The notes under the pieces: model-generated
The model's input: the letters and a program-made list of their open reading frames with translations, nothing else
Database searches by the model: none
What the model was told of the DNA's origin: nothing
Shown here: positions 10,938 through 22,555 of the stretch, piece by piece
Layout: the number at the start of each line of letters is the position of its first letter
How positions within the stretch are numbered: the first letter of the stretch is position 1
Program-made: the position numbers and the translations under genes
Assembly: GCA_048128005.1 (NCBI GenBank)
Contig: JBEUKZ010000104.1
Location: forward strand, 248,001-312,000
Origin: Veleropilina oligotropha
Taxonomy: Eukaryota
DNA length: 64,000 bases
Reading direction: 5' to 3'

Positions 10938-13900
10938 ATGGATGAACTGCGTAATCTAGCGAAAGATTACGGGCTTCCCGCTCGGTCGAAGCTCAAGAAA
11001 AACGACCTCATCAGGGCAATAGCCGGGGTCCGTGCTGCCGAGTTTCGGAGGAGACTCGAGCGGGCGATGAAAACGGGAAGGTTCCCCTCCATACGTGGAG
11101 ATGTGGAGAACCCCCACAAAAGAGGCCGTCGTGCTCGCGAATTGCGGCAGCTTAAGGACGAGGTCGAGGTCGCCCTCAAGGCCCGTAAATACGAATCCGA
11201 GGCTGAGAAGAAGCCCGGGATACGACAGAAGCCACTTCGTAACATCATGGATCGAATTGTCAAGCCACACCTGCACGGTCTGACTCGGTCTCGGAAAGAG
11301 ACCCTTGCCCGGGCTATTGCTCGGAAGGGGCCCGATATTCTGAGAGATCACTTAGCCTCGGATGAATATTATTCCCTCTCCAAAACGCCCCGGACAGCCC
11401 AGGACTACCAGAAGGATCTTCTAGGGCTGTTTACCACACCAGAGGGGCAACAATTCATCGACCTGGATGTCCAGGCCCCTCCCCCAGTAAGGCTCCCAGC
11501 AAAAGAGCCATGGGTGGAACTCTTGAACGACGCCAAAGACGAGTTTGAGGTCGATGGCGCCGCGGCGGCTTTCTCCACATGGAGGGTAGAAGTGGACATT
11601 AAGATCGCACACGGTATCGAAGCGAGGGCTGGCCGGCTGGCCCTGGATGCCCGTATGACAGATGCGAGGGCGGTACAGCTCCTCACAGCCCTTCCAAAAG
11701 GCGAGTATGTCCTTAGAATAAAATTCTTGCGTGAATGGCATGAAGGCGACTGGATGGTCGAAGACAAGTTTGACCCGGTGAAAGCTGCGAGAAAGAAGGG
11801 CCAGGGTGTCTTTGAGATATCCCATGACACTAAGCCGGGTGCTATCACTGGGGTCGACAAAGTCTACTACGAGAACGCCTACCCGGTCACTGCAGTCGTC
11901 TACGGCCTCTACCCTCTCAGAGAACCAAACCCTGCAAACCTGGTTCCAATGAAGAACGGCGATCTCAACTGCGTTGCCCAAAGAGTGATTGAGCACTTTG
12001 AAGGTGCCCTGAGAGGAAACGGACTCACCCCGACCAGGCGGCAGAAAGTACAGGAGTGGGAAGAGCGAGTTCATGTAACAGGAGCTTCCGTCGACGATGT
12101 GGCCCAACTGGAGAGGATCCTCAAACGGGCGATCATCTTGAAAGACATTGCTGGCGAGGACATCTACAACAGTGGGAAGTACCAGGGATGGCATAGACCA
12201 GTAGAACTCATCTGCCACAACGGCCACGCCTGGCCCAAGGACCTTCATTTCCCGCTGTCTCGCGAGGTCCACCTGTATGAGGGCGATGTCTGGGAAGCTA
12301 TCCGACAAGCCACACGTAATGAGCCATTAGCTGTCTGGCTCCTTGGCGGTACAGACCGACAGCTCACCGTGAACCAGTTCGTGCTTCAAGACGGCCGCAC
12401 CTACAGGACGAAAGAGACTCACACCGCTCTTCAGGAAGCCTGTAAGGCTCTGGGGAACGAGTCTCTTGCCGATCGAGCCTTCAGCGAGAACCATGCAGCT
12501 AGCATTATGGCCAAAGAGAACAACGGCTGGAAACCTACCCCAGCGGGCCTGCTCGATGATATCCAGAAGGCCTGCGTAGAGCATGGTCACGGTGGCCTTT
12601 GGAATTCCATGAACTATGATACGAGAGATGTCGTCTGCATCGACATGAAAGCCTGCTACCCTGCTAGCTTTCAGGGGAAGGGCGAGGCTAAGCCATATTT
12701 CGAAAGATTCGGACACCCAACCCACAGCATGACTCGAGTCGCAATTAACGGTCCTCTACCCCAAGAAATCGGCACTGGCTTTGCCGAGGTCGTGGAATGG
12801 GAGTTTGCACAAGAAATCCACCCCACTATTCCCGCCTGGTTCGGAAAGCACTTTGCAGAGAATAGTTGGTGCTCAACCCCGCTGCTCGCCTTCCTCATAG
12901 AATCTGGACTGCTAAAAAGCCTCAAGATCCGAGAAGCCATCATCGCATTCAGAAAGCAGACCGATGTCTGGCTTCCTCTGGATCGTGACCAGGGCTGCAG
13001 CATTATCGGCAAATTCACCCAAGGCGCCAAGGCAGACGGAAAAAGATTGACTCGGAGACTGGTGACCAACCAGGGGGAGCTCGACTTCCTCGTAAGAGAC
13101 ACCCGTCAAAGCGGTACCCTGGTCGGCGCTCCTCAAAGATGCCCCCTCGGTCACATCCTCACGTACTATGATGGCTCCCAGCCTCAGTACGCCCACCTGA
13201 GGGCCAGCATGTTGGCCTATGCCCACATAAACCTCTTGAGCATGCTCCAGCGTTTCAGTGCAGCAGAAGCCGTACGAGTGGCCACTGACAGCATCTACCT
13301 CAAAAAGGCCTCGTTGAAGAAGCTCGACGATGTTAAGGCGTACGTTGCCCCCCAACTCTGCGACTGTGGCGATAAATCGTGCATCTCCTGTCTGATCGGG
13401 GAGACGTACCTTCCGCCAGTAGCACCGGCCCAGTGGCGTGACAAGGGGGAACAGCTTTACCTGCCACAGGAACATGCCGCATACCTGCCCAAGCCAGAGT
13501 ATTGTTGTGCCGCCAATTCCAGCCAGAGTTACCTCAACGGTGGAGGGGGCTGTGGCAAGACTACGAGAGCGATCGAGCTCTTCCGGGCAAGGAATCCCAT
13601 GGTGTTCACGCCAACCCACCGCCTCGCTAAAGAGATGCGGACCAGGGGTGTCAAAGCCCAGACCTACCACAGCTTCTTCCGATGGAGCGGTCAGAATGAC
13701 TGGACACCCGACCGCATGGGTCAGAAGTTCATTCCCCACGTCATTATCTGGGACGAGGTCTGTACTGTTCCCCGGCCTATCCTCGAGATGTTCTTGGACT
13801 GGCTGGGCCAGCACGAAGTTCAGGTTATCTGCTGTGGGGACCAGGGCCAGCCACCACCGATTACGGGGGAGATGCCGCACGAGTGGCTGCGAAATGCCGC

Positions 13901-14817
13901 GGACTACTATGAAGAGGTCGAAGTAGACTACAGGGCGAAAGACCCTGCCCTCCAAGCCCTGAAAAGACGTATCCGCCTCCAGCCCGACAAAGTCCAGTGC
14001 GGGGAAATGCGTAAGAGTCTCCCCTGCTGCCTTGGATGGGACCGGTTTGTCCAAACCTGGAAGCCGGGTGACCTAATCCTCACCAGCCGTCAGAAGGTCC
14101 GCGAACGGGCTCAAGAGCTGTTGCTCCAGAGGCACAAGGACAATTTCCCAGATTCCCAGGTGCCTATCCTGTATCACCCCAAGGACACCCGTAAGCAAAA
14201 CATCATGGTAACAATTCCGGGCACCGACGAAAGACAGGAGCTAGTTCTCAACGACGTCGTTGAGGTCACGATTGAGGCCGCTGAGTGGGCTATCCTGACC
14301 CTGGATTGGCGCCTGGGCTATGCTCTCACCATCCATTCGAGCCAGGGTCTTACGATTCACGACCCCAGAAAGTCTGGATCATCGATGACTACCTTCAGTG
14401 GAGTAATCTCGCCTACCTAGCCGTGTCCCGGGTGGAGTATCTGCATCAGCTCGAACGGGTAACCTGTCCTCCAGATGAGGGTTCTGAGGACAGGCCCCCC
14501 ACGCGCAAGCGCAGCAGAGCAAGCAGCAGCTCCGCAAAACCATCCAGAGGAAGCTCGTGGCATACATGCGCCAGGACCAGGCAAAGGGACTCCAGGGATT
14601 TAACATCAAGGTCGAGGACATCCTGCTTCTCAAAGACGCCCAAAACAACCGCTGCGCAGCATGCAACATAGAGCTGCTCTGGGCCTACCAGCCCAAAGAC
14701 ACACAGCAGTTCAGTGTCGACCGTGTGGACAACAGCAGGGGCCACATCCGCGACAACGTGCGCTTAACGTGCCTTGAATGTAACCGAAAACGAGGGGCTG
14801 CTGCTGTTAACGCCTGA
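10938..14817 (+). CDS. Replicase: divergent family-B DNA polymerase + SF1 (RecD/Pif1-like) helicase + C-terminal HNH nuclease. Open to 14420; continues across -1 shifts at ~14363 and ~14495.
   Basis: PolB-like IDMKACYP (motif A), IIGKF (B) and VATDSIY (C). Helicase GGGGCGKT, IIWDEV, GDQGQPPP, YALTIHSSQGLT and, in the next frame, AYLAVSR. Then CAAC...SVDRVDNSRGH..DNVRLTCLECN. Confidence 0.85.
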
Positions 14818-15844
14818 GAACCGGCGGCAGCTGGGTGTCACGAGGCACCACGAGAAGTTCCTCTCGAACAAACCCACGCGGTGGTCCATCAAGCAAGTAG
14901 TAGAGCACAGGCTCGTCAGGCTTCGTGACAGAGCGTCCAAGCCTGTGAACTGTCAAAGACCACACCAGGTCAGTCGCTCGCCGGCGACCACCCTCCAACT
15001 CACCGGGTTGGTATAGGTATCGAACATCTACGTCAGAGGGGAGTTTCTGTTCCTTCCCCTGTCGGTCTGGAACAGTGGAAGAGGGCTTTTGGGCAACGCG
15101 ATGTGCCTTAATGGCATCCTTTGGCTTTTTACCGGTGAGGCGGGTCACTTCCCCATTCAAGGCCGCAACTACAGCCGGTAACCGGGCGACCCACTCAGTT
15201 GACCTTTGACCCTCTTTCGCAGACTCTGCAAACCGCATCTCTGTTGCATACTGGTGCCCGAAGAGCCGCTCAGCGAGCGTCCGGTTGAAGCGCTCCACGA
15301 TCCCTTGATCGCGATGGAGATCCACACGGCCACGCCTAACCTCGACGTTATGTGTAGCCAGCAGCTGGGAAACCGCGCCCATAAACTCCCTCCCTGGGTC
15401 GACTTGAAGCAGTTTCGGCCAGCTAAGAGGACTCCGCCTGTAGATTCGAGACAGAGCTTCAGCAACCCCTTTGGCCTCTTTTGTGGCCAGAGGCTCGGCC
15501 TCTTTGTAGCGTGAGGCCACATCGACAACCGTAAGCACATACTTGTACGTTTTACGACCGACCTTGTCATGTGGGAGAAACAGGAGGTCTGCTTGGTGAA
15601 CCTCGTTCGGCGTTACGACGTCGAATTTTGGTCTTGGAATCCGCCGTGGCGCAGGTAAATAGATTTGCCAGATGGCCTGCTTCTTCAGCCAATCCCGGGC
15701 CACGTCTTCAGAGACATCTACTGCGGCCGAGAGATGTTGTATCGCGGCGATCCCTTTCCAGTAGCCTCGGGGGCTATAGTAGAAAGTCGCAAGCTTCCGG
15801 TCCATTCCGCGCCCTCGAGTTCTTTTGCCGGTCTTCGCTGCCAT
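14807..15844 (-). CDS. Retroviral-like (rve, DDE) integrase, Polinton type
   Basis: HQADLLFL, YKYVLTVVDVASRY, LQVDPGREF and GIVERFNRTL. Start at ATG 15844 or 15805; no chromodomain is evident. Confidence 0.93.
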   Translation of the reverse strand: MAAKTGKRTRGRGMDRKLATFYYSPRGYWKGIAAIQHLSAAVDVSEDVARDWLKKQAIWQIYLPAPRRIPRPKFDVVTPNEVHQADLLFLPHDKVGRKTYKYVLTVVDVASRYKEAEPLATKEAKGVAEALSRIYRRSPLSWPKLLQVDPGREFMGAVSQLLATHNVEVRRGRVDLHRDQGIVERFNRTLAERLFGHQYATEMRFAESAKEGQRSTEWVARLPAVVAALNGEVTRLTGKKPKDAIKAHRVAQKPSSTVPDRQGKEQKLPSDVDVRYLYQPGELEGGRRRATDLVWSLTVHRLGRSVTKPDEPVLYYLLDGPPRGFVREELLVVPRDTQLPPVLRR

Positions 15845-16106
15845 CGAGACTGGCAATGTATTCCAGTAAACTGATCAGTCTCCAACAGGCTTCAGCTTCC
15901 GGTCGCTGCCCAGTCGTCGCCCGTAGGTTGGTCGGGCCCGAGAGCACCAGGACCGCGAACCGCACCATAGTCTTTTCGTTGCGCCGCCATCAGTCGAGTG
16001 ACGTAGTACCAAGGCCCACCCCGCTGACCGCAAGCATGGCACAGTACAGCTCTTCTGGGAGCCCCATCCTATACATGTCCACGAAAAAAATGTCCACTGG
16101 AAATAA

Positions 16107-16538
16107 TTATGGTAGGAGCTTGTAGGCGACCAACCCGGTCGCCGCCATCCCAAGAATGACGAAGGTGATCTCACGTCCCTTCTGGTCATCACTAGGCGTG
16201 TAGTAGTCGGACAGGGCGGGCTCAGGGCCACCTCCCAGGCCGGGGTCAAGGTTCTTGCCGGTGATCAAGGCATACTCACGGATCGCGGCGTCAACATCCC
16301 GGAATGTGCCAACGGCATGACCCTGGCGGCGAAGTTCAACGTTCAGCCAATCGAGACGCTCTGCCCTCTGTTGGGACCATTTAGTCTGAGCGGCCTGGAG
16401 CTGCTCTACGGCTTTGTCGTGGCGTTTACGCTCCTCGTCGACACCGGAGCTGCGTAGCTTCGAGAAGAGGAAGTTGGATCCGCTGAAGGCGAGGGCGTTG
16501 ACGAGAGCGCCCCCAACCAGCATCGCAATGGAAGCCAT
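16107..16538 (-). CDS. Hypothetical protein with hydrophobic N- and C-termini and a central coiled coil
   Basis: 143 aa; MASIAMLVGGALVNALAF...EERKRHDKAVEQLQAAQ...ITFVILGMAATGLVAYKLL. Confidence 0.75.
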   Translation of the reverse strand: MASIAMLVGGALVNALAFSGSNFLFSKLRSSGVDEERKRHDKAVEQLQAAQTKWSQQRAERLDWLNVELRRQGHAVGTFRDVDAAIREYALITGKNLDPGLGGGPEPALSDYYTPSDDQKGREITFVILGMAATGLVAYKLLP

Positions 16539-16568
16539 TGAAGTGCTGCGATTATCTAGCAGGTCCCA

Positions 16569-16808
16569 CTACTTCAAAACGTCGGCCGGAATGATGCCTT
16601 GTTTGATCAGCATGTCCTTCGTCGCCATGGCGAGCGCTACGTCGAGGACGACCATCCCAACATCGTAACCCGTGAAGTCCAGCTTGGGGCTCGCCCCCTT
16701 GAATACCATTTTTCCCAGGCGTGCGTAGCCAATGGCGAGGCCAGACACTATAGCTGCGTGATAGACGGCATTGCCGAGCATCTTTCCATCGGTAATCGGG
16801 GTAGTCAT
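16569..16808 (-). CDS. Small hydrophobic protein (79 aa)
   Basis: caacATG start, two hydrophobic segments, tightly packed within the minus-strand gene block. Confidence 0.7.
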   Translation of the reverse strand: MTTPITDGKMLGNAVYHAAIVSGLAIGYARLGKMVFKGASPKLDFTGYDVGMVVLDVALAMATKDMLIKQGIIPADVLK

Positions 16809-16819
16809 GTTGTACTGCT

Positions 16820-17329
16820 CTATCGCATATGGAACGGGTTGGGCCTAGTCTCCAATTCGGTGGTGGTTGGGGTGGGCTGCCTCGCCTGTGCTGGTGGCTG
16901 TTGATGTGGTGTGGAGGAACCATTGCTGCGTTTCCAGATAACAAATAACAACGCAACCCCGCCTGCAGCGAAGAGTCCTTGGGTCCAATTAAATGGGTCC
17001 GATTTCCGTGTAGCTGACTTTTCGACCGCGGTCACCTCGGCCGCGGGGGCACCACTGTGTTTTTGGGGCTGTGCCTCCGGTGGTTCTGATGGAACGACAA
17101 CGGTGCTGACATTTTGTCAGATGTCGTCCTTAAGTTTTCTAACATCGGCAAGTAGCCTCTCCTGTTTGGCTTTCCGAGCAGCAGCACCGGCCCGACCCAC
17201 AGCCACCTTCTTAGGGTCCTTTTTACTCACTGATGAGTCTGTCGAAGAAGTCACCCTCTCTATCGGCTGGGTCACCCTCTCTATCGGCGGGCTCGGTGCC
17301 GAAATTTGGTCCACTTCCGGCGTTGTCAT
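16820..17329 (-). pseudogene. Membrane-anchored hypothetical protein with one in-frame TGA (17117-17119)
   Basis: ORFs 17117-17377 and 16820-17035 are in the same frame, separated by the stop and 27 sense codons. Contains KKDPKKVAVGRAGAAARKAKQE and the hydrophobic segment GLFAAGGVALLFVIW. Confidence 0.7.
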
Positions 17330-17882
17330 CTTGATCTCGCTCTCGCTCTGGAATCTTAGGCGGGCAGACGTGTCCAAATCGGCAGTGCTTAGCCGTGGTC
17401 AACATGGCTGTCAGCGGGGCGAGAAACATCCCATACTTATAATACAGCTCACAGCTTGCACCGCGGAGCGCATGTGAGATGAAAGGGTCGGCCTCGAGGT
17501 CAGCGACCAGACGTGGTTGGTTCTCCGGTGGAATGGGCAAGAACATCCCAGCTGCACCCGCATAAAGCTGTATAGCGGCAGTCCCCAGAGTCTTCGTCAT
17601 CTCCGCACCTAACCTCGCTTCGTACCGAGCATGGTGCTTGTCAATCTCTTCGTCGGTCATAGCGTCGATTCGGTCAACTGTGAGGTTGCTCCCCAAGTAT
17701 TTGCATGCCTGCCCTCCAATCGCTAACGCGGCAAGCCTCTCCCGCTTCTTTGTCATCCCTATGGAGCCACTGACAGGTTCCTCGTGCTGCGAGCAGCGTT
17801 CGGTCGTCGAGCCAGTTGGACGCAGACCGCCCACGGTCGTTTCTTCCTCGTCATCTAGGAGTTGATCGATAAGACTGTCCAT
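17223..17882 (-). CDS. Hypothetical helical protein (219 aa)
   Basis: Long ATG-initiated ORF within the co-oriented gene block; no recognisable motif. Confidence 0.7.
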   Translation of the reverse strand: MDSLIDQLLDDEEETTVGGLRPTGSTTERCSQHEEPVSGSIGMTKKRERLAALAIGGQACKYLGSNLTVDRIDAMTDEEIDKHHARYEARLGAEMTKTLGTAAIQLYAGAAGMFLPIPPENQPRLVADLEADPFISHALRGASCELYYKYGMFLAPLTAMLTTAKHCRFGHVCPPKIPERERDQDDNAGSGPNFGTEPADREGDPADREGDFFDRLISE

Positions 17883-17913
17883 GCTGAGTCGTTGCCAACA
17901 TCTTCGGAGCGGT

Positions 17914-18009
17914 CTAATATAACAGTACAGCCAGTACCACCCCCCCCACGAGTAGCAGCAACGTCAGGCTTTGGCTGCAAGCAAAAGCTATGTATACAGC
18001 GTCAGACAT
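17914..18009 (-). CDS. 31-aa single-pass hydrophobic peptide
   Basis: Hand translation MSDAVYIAFACSQSLTLLLLVGGVVLAVLLY*; fills the gap between the ATPase and the 219-aa ORF. Confidence 0.45.
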   Translation of the reverse strand: MSDAVYIAFACSQSLTLLLLVGGVVLAVLLY

Positions 18010-18030
18010 GCCTAGCTAGCTAAGTAGCTG

Positions 18031-18666
18031 CTACAACACGCTATAAGCAACGGGCTGATCGGTCTTTAACAGCAGCTTGGCGTGTTTGGTCTCGGCCAAC
18101 AGCCGGTGCACCGCGGTTCGTTCATCTTGCGACTGAATGACATCGTTCTCGCGGAGACAATCCTCGAAGGAATCTCGGTCCTTGCAGGCAAAGATAGCGA
18201 CCCAGCGGGTCTGCTCTCGCAGCTCCTTCAATATAGCGTTGTATTTATGCGACACTACCCATACACTCTGGGAGGCGTGCCTTCCACTAAAAGCCAGCTC
18301 AGTCGGCATGTCCCGTTTTTTGGCGAGGGCTTTGCTGGCGGCGCAGTCGTCGATTATGTACAGAGTCGACTCCCCCTGGAAAAGCCGGTAGAACCCCCGC
18401 AACCAGTCATTGAGTCGCTCACCAGGGGGGACTATGTACACCTCCGGGTCAGTCCAGATCCACGGACAGGACTGGTATGCCTTGTTAAACTTGATCGTGG
18501 GGCAGAGGATCACAATATGCCTGAACACCCCTCGATAGACCCCTTTCAGCAGTTCAAGTATAAACAAGGTCTTCCCGCAGCCGGTCTGGCCGCAGATGAT
18601 CGCGGAGTGGGGGTCCTTGGGGTGCGGGAACCGTCTACTAGTACAGCGCTGTGACAAATCGGCCAT
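18031..18666 (-). CDS. A32/FtsK-HerA-family genome-packaging ATPase
   Basis: Walker A ICGQTGCGKT, Walker B YIIDD and the arginine-finger-like FSGRH; adjacent to the capsid gene. Confidence 0.9.
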   Translation of the reverse strand: MADLSQRCTSRRFPHPKDPHSAIICGQTGCGKTLFILELLKGVYRGVFRHIVILCPTIKFNKAYQSCPWIWTDPEVYIVPPGERLNDWLRGFYRLFQGESTLYIIDDCAASKALAKKRDMPTELAFSGRHASQSVWVVSHKYNAILKELREQTRWVAIFACKDRDSFEDCLRENDVIQSQDERTAVHRLLAETKHAKLLLKTDQPVAYSVL

Positions 18667-19942
18667 TTTCGACGTTCAGCTGCGCGTCCATAACGATGTA
18701 CTGATAAATGTTCAACGGGCCGGCTGCTTCACCCGTCTTCGTGATCTGGATCGTGATGCCCTCGCTGCCATTATCTACTTTCCGGCCGGAGCCGTGCAGC
18801 TGATCGTCGTCGGTGACCCTGAGGTCGATCCATAAGGCAAATTTCTTCGTCAAGAATTGGCCTAGGGTGACGTCGGCCAAAGCCAAGGATTTGGCAACCA
18901 ACGCCACCTCAGGATGCCTCTTGCTGATCGGATTGGAGGCGAACAGCTTCCTGGCTTCGTCCCACATCTGGTGGGAACGCATGCCAGCGCTGAAGATTTG
19001 ATTCGGCACGCCCTCAATGGTGATCTCCACACTGGTAATTTTCAGGTTGTAGAAGGCCTCAGTGTCCCTGGCAAATGGTGCGGCGTCTCTCGCGGGATCC
19101 TCGAACAGAAGTAAGATACCTTTCATCGACCGCCCCGGAACGTTCACATTCAAATTCCACAGAGTGTCGCTTTTGTCCCTGGTGAGCTTACGATACCGGA
19201 GCACACGGTCGTAGAGGATGGCGATACGGCCCGAGTACTGGTTACGAATCAGCCTTGCCAGATCTACCTGGGTGACCATGTCATACTCCAGGCTAATGTT
19301 GTTGATGCTGTAGCTGGAACTGGGGTCATCGGTGTCCCTGATCGTCCTTGAGTGATCATTGAACGTCAGTTCGTACTCCAGACGGTCTCCAAGGGCACTT
19401 TGGTAGAACGGCATATGGCTCTCCAGCAACTCGAAATCCAGCGGGATGCGGAACCTCGGACCGTAAGCGTCCGAGATGGCCGTGTCCTCAGAACGTCTGA
19501 ATGCGCCCTCAGCGCCAACACGATTCTTCGTAGTGTTGTGGCCGTCGCTGGTATCAATCCCCTGGTAGTGGGTGCTATTGCGTTCCTGGGGGGTCTTCCA
19601 GAGGTTACAATAGCAATGATAAATGTCGGAGTTGTCAATCGATAAGATTTCGTTTCCACTGATCTTTATCGTGGTCTTTTTCACCACGGCGCGTCCGATG
19701 TTCTGAACTACAGTTCGGTTCGGGTTAGCCGAGGTCAGAGAAATGGTAAATGCGACGTGGGCCGTCCCTGGGACGATCACGTCATGAGCCCCGAGGTTAG
19801 GGAATCGAACCAACAGCTGCTGGTTGGCGGCGATCGTGGAGGGGTTGTTCGTTATCGTGACCGACTGGCGGATACCCTTGACCCCAAGAGGCTCTCGCAG
19901 TCTGCGGTATGGATCAAGCATGCGTCCGTACAGGCTGGCCAT
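18638..19942 (-). CDS. Probable double jelly-roll major capsid protein
   Basis: 434 aa with a beta-strand-like alternating pattern. Size and position next to the packaging ATPase are typical of Polinton-like MCPs; the fold is inferred. Confidence 0.72.
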   Translation of the reverse strand: MASLYGRMLDPYRRLREPLGVKGIRQSVTITNNPSTIAANQQLLVRFPNLGAHDVIVPGTAHVAFTISLTSANPNRTVVQNIGRAVVKKTTIKISGNEILSIDNSDIYHCYCNLWKTPQERNSTHYQGIDTSDGHNTTKNRVGAEGAFRRSEDTAISDAYGPRFRIPLDFELLESHMPFYQSALGDRLEYELTFNDHSRTIRDTDDPSSSYSINNISLEYDMVTQVDLARLIRNQYSGRIAILYDRVLRYRKLTRDKSDTLWNLNVNVPGRSMKGILLLFEDPARDAAPFARDTEAFYNLKITSVEITIEGVPNQIFSAGMRSHQMWDEARKLFASNPISKRHPEVALVAKSLALADVTLGQFLTKKFALWIDLRVTDDDQLHGSGRKVDNGSEGITIQITKTGEAAGPLNIYQYIVMDAQLNVENGRFVTALY

Positions 19943-19992
19943 GTTGTTGTCGCTATGGCTGATTTAGATGCGTATCCGGCGGTTGTATTCAA

Positions 19993-21281
19993 ATGGCGGA
20001 CTTCGAGAACCCCATGTTCGAGCCCGACACCATCTACGATGAGGATGTGACAATGCTGGCACAATCCACAGACGGGTTTGTGCCTCTGGCGCCACAGGAA
20101 GGAACCAGTGATCTGCAGCAAGAGATCGTTCGGTCAGCGGTGGATGGCTACTACGAAGCCCTGTCGAAGGAGGGGCAGACCCCGCCCCCGTGGCGTGATT
20201 ATGCCCAGTTCGAGTACGTGGATGGGGAGGGATTGCGGCTGAAGAAACATCCAAACATCGATCTCATCAACTCTAGATCCAAAAAACCCAATGCTTTGTC
20301 AACACTAGCTAACCGGAAAGGTGGGGGTAAGGCAATTCGAGATGGGTTGGGCTTCGTAGAATGGAAGCGGCCAGAGAGGCGGGGAGGGGGGGGGACAAAA
20401 GCCGTCCTCCAAAGCCATTGCAGCTCTTCAGACAGCCGACAATGAGTTGAGCGGTGCGGCGGCCAACGTAGACAACGTGGAACTGCAGGACTTGGGGCAG
20501 ACCGCTACAAATGCGGCATCTGCAATCCACACAATGGAGACGAAGTTCACAGACGCCGAGGTTGACGAGATCTTGAGCACGATGGGGGACCCCCCTTTAA
20601 ATCTTCGTGAGCTTCGCGGGCTGGACAAAGCGATGCAGACCATTCGAGGCGAACTCACCAACAACCTGGCCAAGCTAACGGCGCTGGACGAACATATAGA
20701 GCTGGAGAAGAGGAAGCTCGCTCAGGCAGATGAAGGAGGTGTCGAGGAGTTCGTCCGTCGACGAATCGCGGAACGTCTTCGCAACTTACAGGATGAACGA
20801 GCAGCTCGCCTAGAGGCAGCCGGGTCCAGCCGGGAAGCCCTTCGCTCTCAAATCAGCCGGATCCGAGAGATGATAAGTCGGATTCTCAACTCTGACACAA
20901 CGCTCGCCGAGCGCATCCGGACCCTGTTCCGTGAGCAAGGGGTCACGATAGTAACCATACTGACCGCGATCGGGTTGGCCATCTCGACTTTGGTACTAGC
21001 CCTAACAGGCGGAGCGCCGAGCATACCACAACCCCCACCACCTCCCAGTGGTCAGGGGGTCAAGGAGTGGGTCAAAAAGCAGCTGCAGAACCTGGGTCGG
21101 ATTCTAGGCAAACTAGCAGGGAAGGTGGCAGCCGCACTCCCAGGCATGATTGGCAGCCTACTTTCCTGGCTAATCAACCTGGTTGGCAAGACTGCGTCGT
21201 GGCTGGCTGAGAACCTGTGGGCTGTGATTATATCTGTGGGGGGGCTTGCTTCTTATTGCCGCTAGACAGTGGGTCACGTAA
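19993..21281 (+). CDS. Coiled-coil protein with C-terminal transmembrane/amphipathic helices; +1 shifts at G-runs ~20386-20394 and ~21238-21244
   Basis: The frame of ORF 20447-21265 is open upstream to the G-run (QKPSSKAIAALQTADNEL), joining it to ORF 19993-20445. Removing one G near 21240 gives the hydrophobic end SVGGLLLIAARQWVT*. Confidence 0.7.
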
Positions 21282-22551
21282 GCCAAATGAACGCTAGGCC
21301 AACGACAATGCCGCCCACGATAAGTGCGGTCTTCTACTCATCATGTGTTCCAGCCGGGGCCGCTGGTACAGCTGCCGGCTCAGCGTTTGGGTGCTTCGGA
21401 GCATCTGCCCATAAGACTGCGTCTTGTGGAATAACCAGTCCTTTCTCTCCAGTATCCCCTCCGGCGTCGGGTGGAACACTGGCCGCGTTGACAGTCATAT
21501 TAAGACCTAGTGTCTGGTCTTCCGTAGCAACGACGATTTCGTTGTTATACCCTGCCACCTGCCCTATTCGCAGGAGCATGTCACTTGGCGCCATATACAG
21601 GCCATGTCCGAAGACATAATCCACCTTGGACCTTGCATACTGTAGCACCTCCTGGTACCGTTTGATTGCTGCTGGGAGGTCCACTGGCGATGAGATGGCG
21701 TCTTCCACGTTCGCCAGGAACTGTTTCTGTGCGTCAAATGCCGTCCCACTACCCAGAATACTTGCACGTGTCTGAGCCTGCACTCCAAGAATCGCCCAGA
21801 CGTAGGTCCTGATGGAGTCATTGAGCCTTTCCACGCCGGCCCTCGTGAATCCCACCGACTTGTCCAGAATAAACGAAGCCCATCCGTTTGAAAGCGCAGG
21901 CGCTTGCGCGATGTAGTCCACGTGCAGGTTCGTGTTCGTCGTACCTTTTGTGAACGACATTCGACTGGGGTCATACTCACGTCCGATGGAGTGGTAGCCA
22001 TTGTTCGTCCAGTAGCTGAAAGCGGTGCCTAGTCCGCCGTTGGGACGCTTGACTCGCCAGTCGGTGTGCGGAGACACTCCAAACTCGCTGCAGATCTTCT
22101 CATATGCCCTTCGGTCATACGGGGTGTCGAATGCATCCCACGTCCTGTCTTGTGGCAGCGGCGCCTGAAGTTCGGTCAGTACCCTTCTGACCTGATAGTA
22201 GACGTGGAAGGTGAATACGGCTCTGGAGAGGGGGTCGGTCGCATTCAAGTGGTCTTCTGCGGATACCCCGGAACCGGTTGTGGCACACCACACTGCGAAG
22301 TTGACCTGGTTCTGCCAGAACCGCATCGGCGTGCTGTGCCAGGCCTGGATTAGCCGATCACTCGCGACGTGAGGGAGGCGGTATTTTTGAAAGACGTCGG
22401 GGTAGTCTGCCCCGAATGCAGGATGGGGAGATTCAGACGAGGAGACAACGACGCGTGGTTTTGTAAGCTGCTCATCCTTTATCCGGGCTGGGTACACCAC
22501 ACCGGTCGAATAGGCCGCACTCCTATTGAAAGCGAAGGCGCTCTTAGCCAT
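21274..22551 (-). CDS. ~425-aa hypothetical protein with a C-terminal membrane anchor; in-frame TAG at 21334-21336
   Basis: ORF 21334-22566 (likely start MAKSAF at 22551); reading through the stop gives KTALIVGGIVVGLAFIWLT*. Confidence 0.75.
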
Positions 22552-22555
22552 AGCT

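Noticed and set aside
10956..14054. Long antisense ORFs (e.g. 11421-12308, 12912-14054) and similar shadow ORFs across the viral element
   Set aside because: They are expected shadows of GC-rich coding sequence, with no motifs and mostly non-ATG starts.
15774..16076. Possible ~100-codon minus-strand gene with an internal TGA at 15990-15992
   Set aside because: It fills the gap upstream of the integrase but has no motif or other support.
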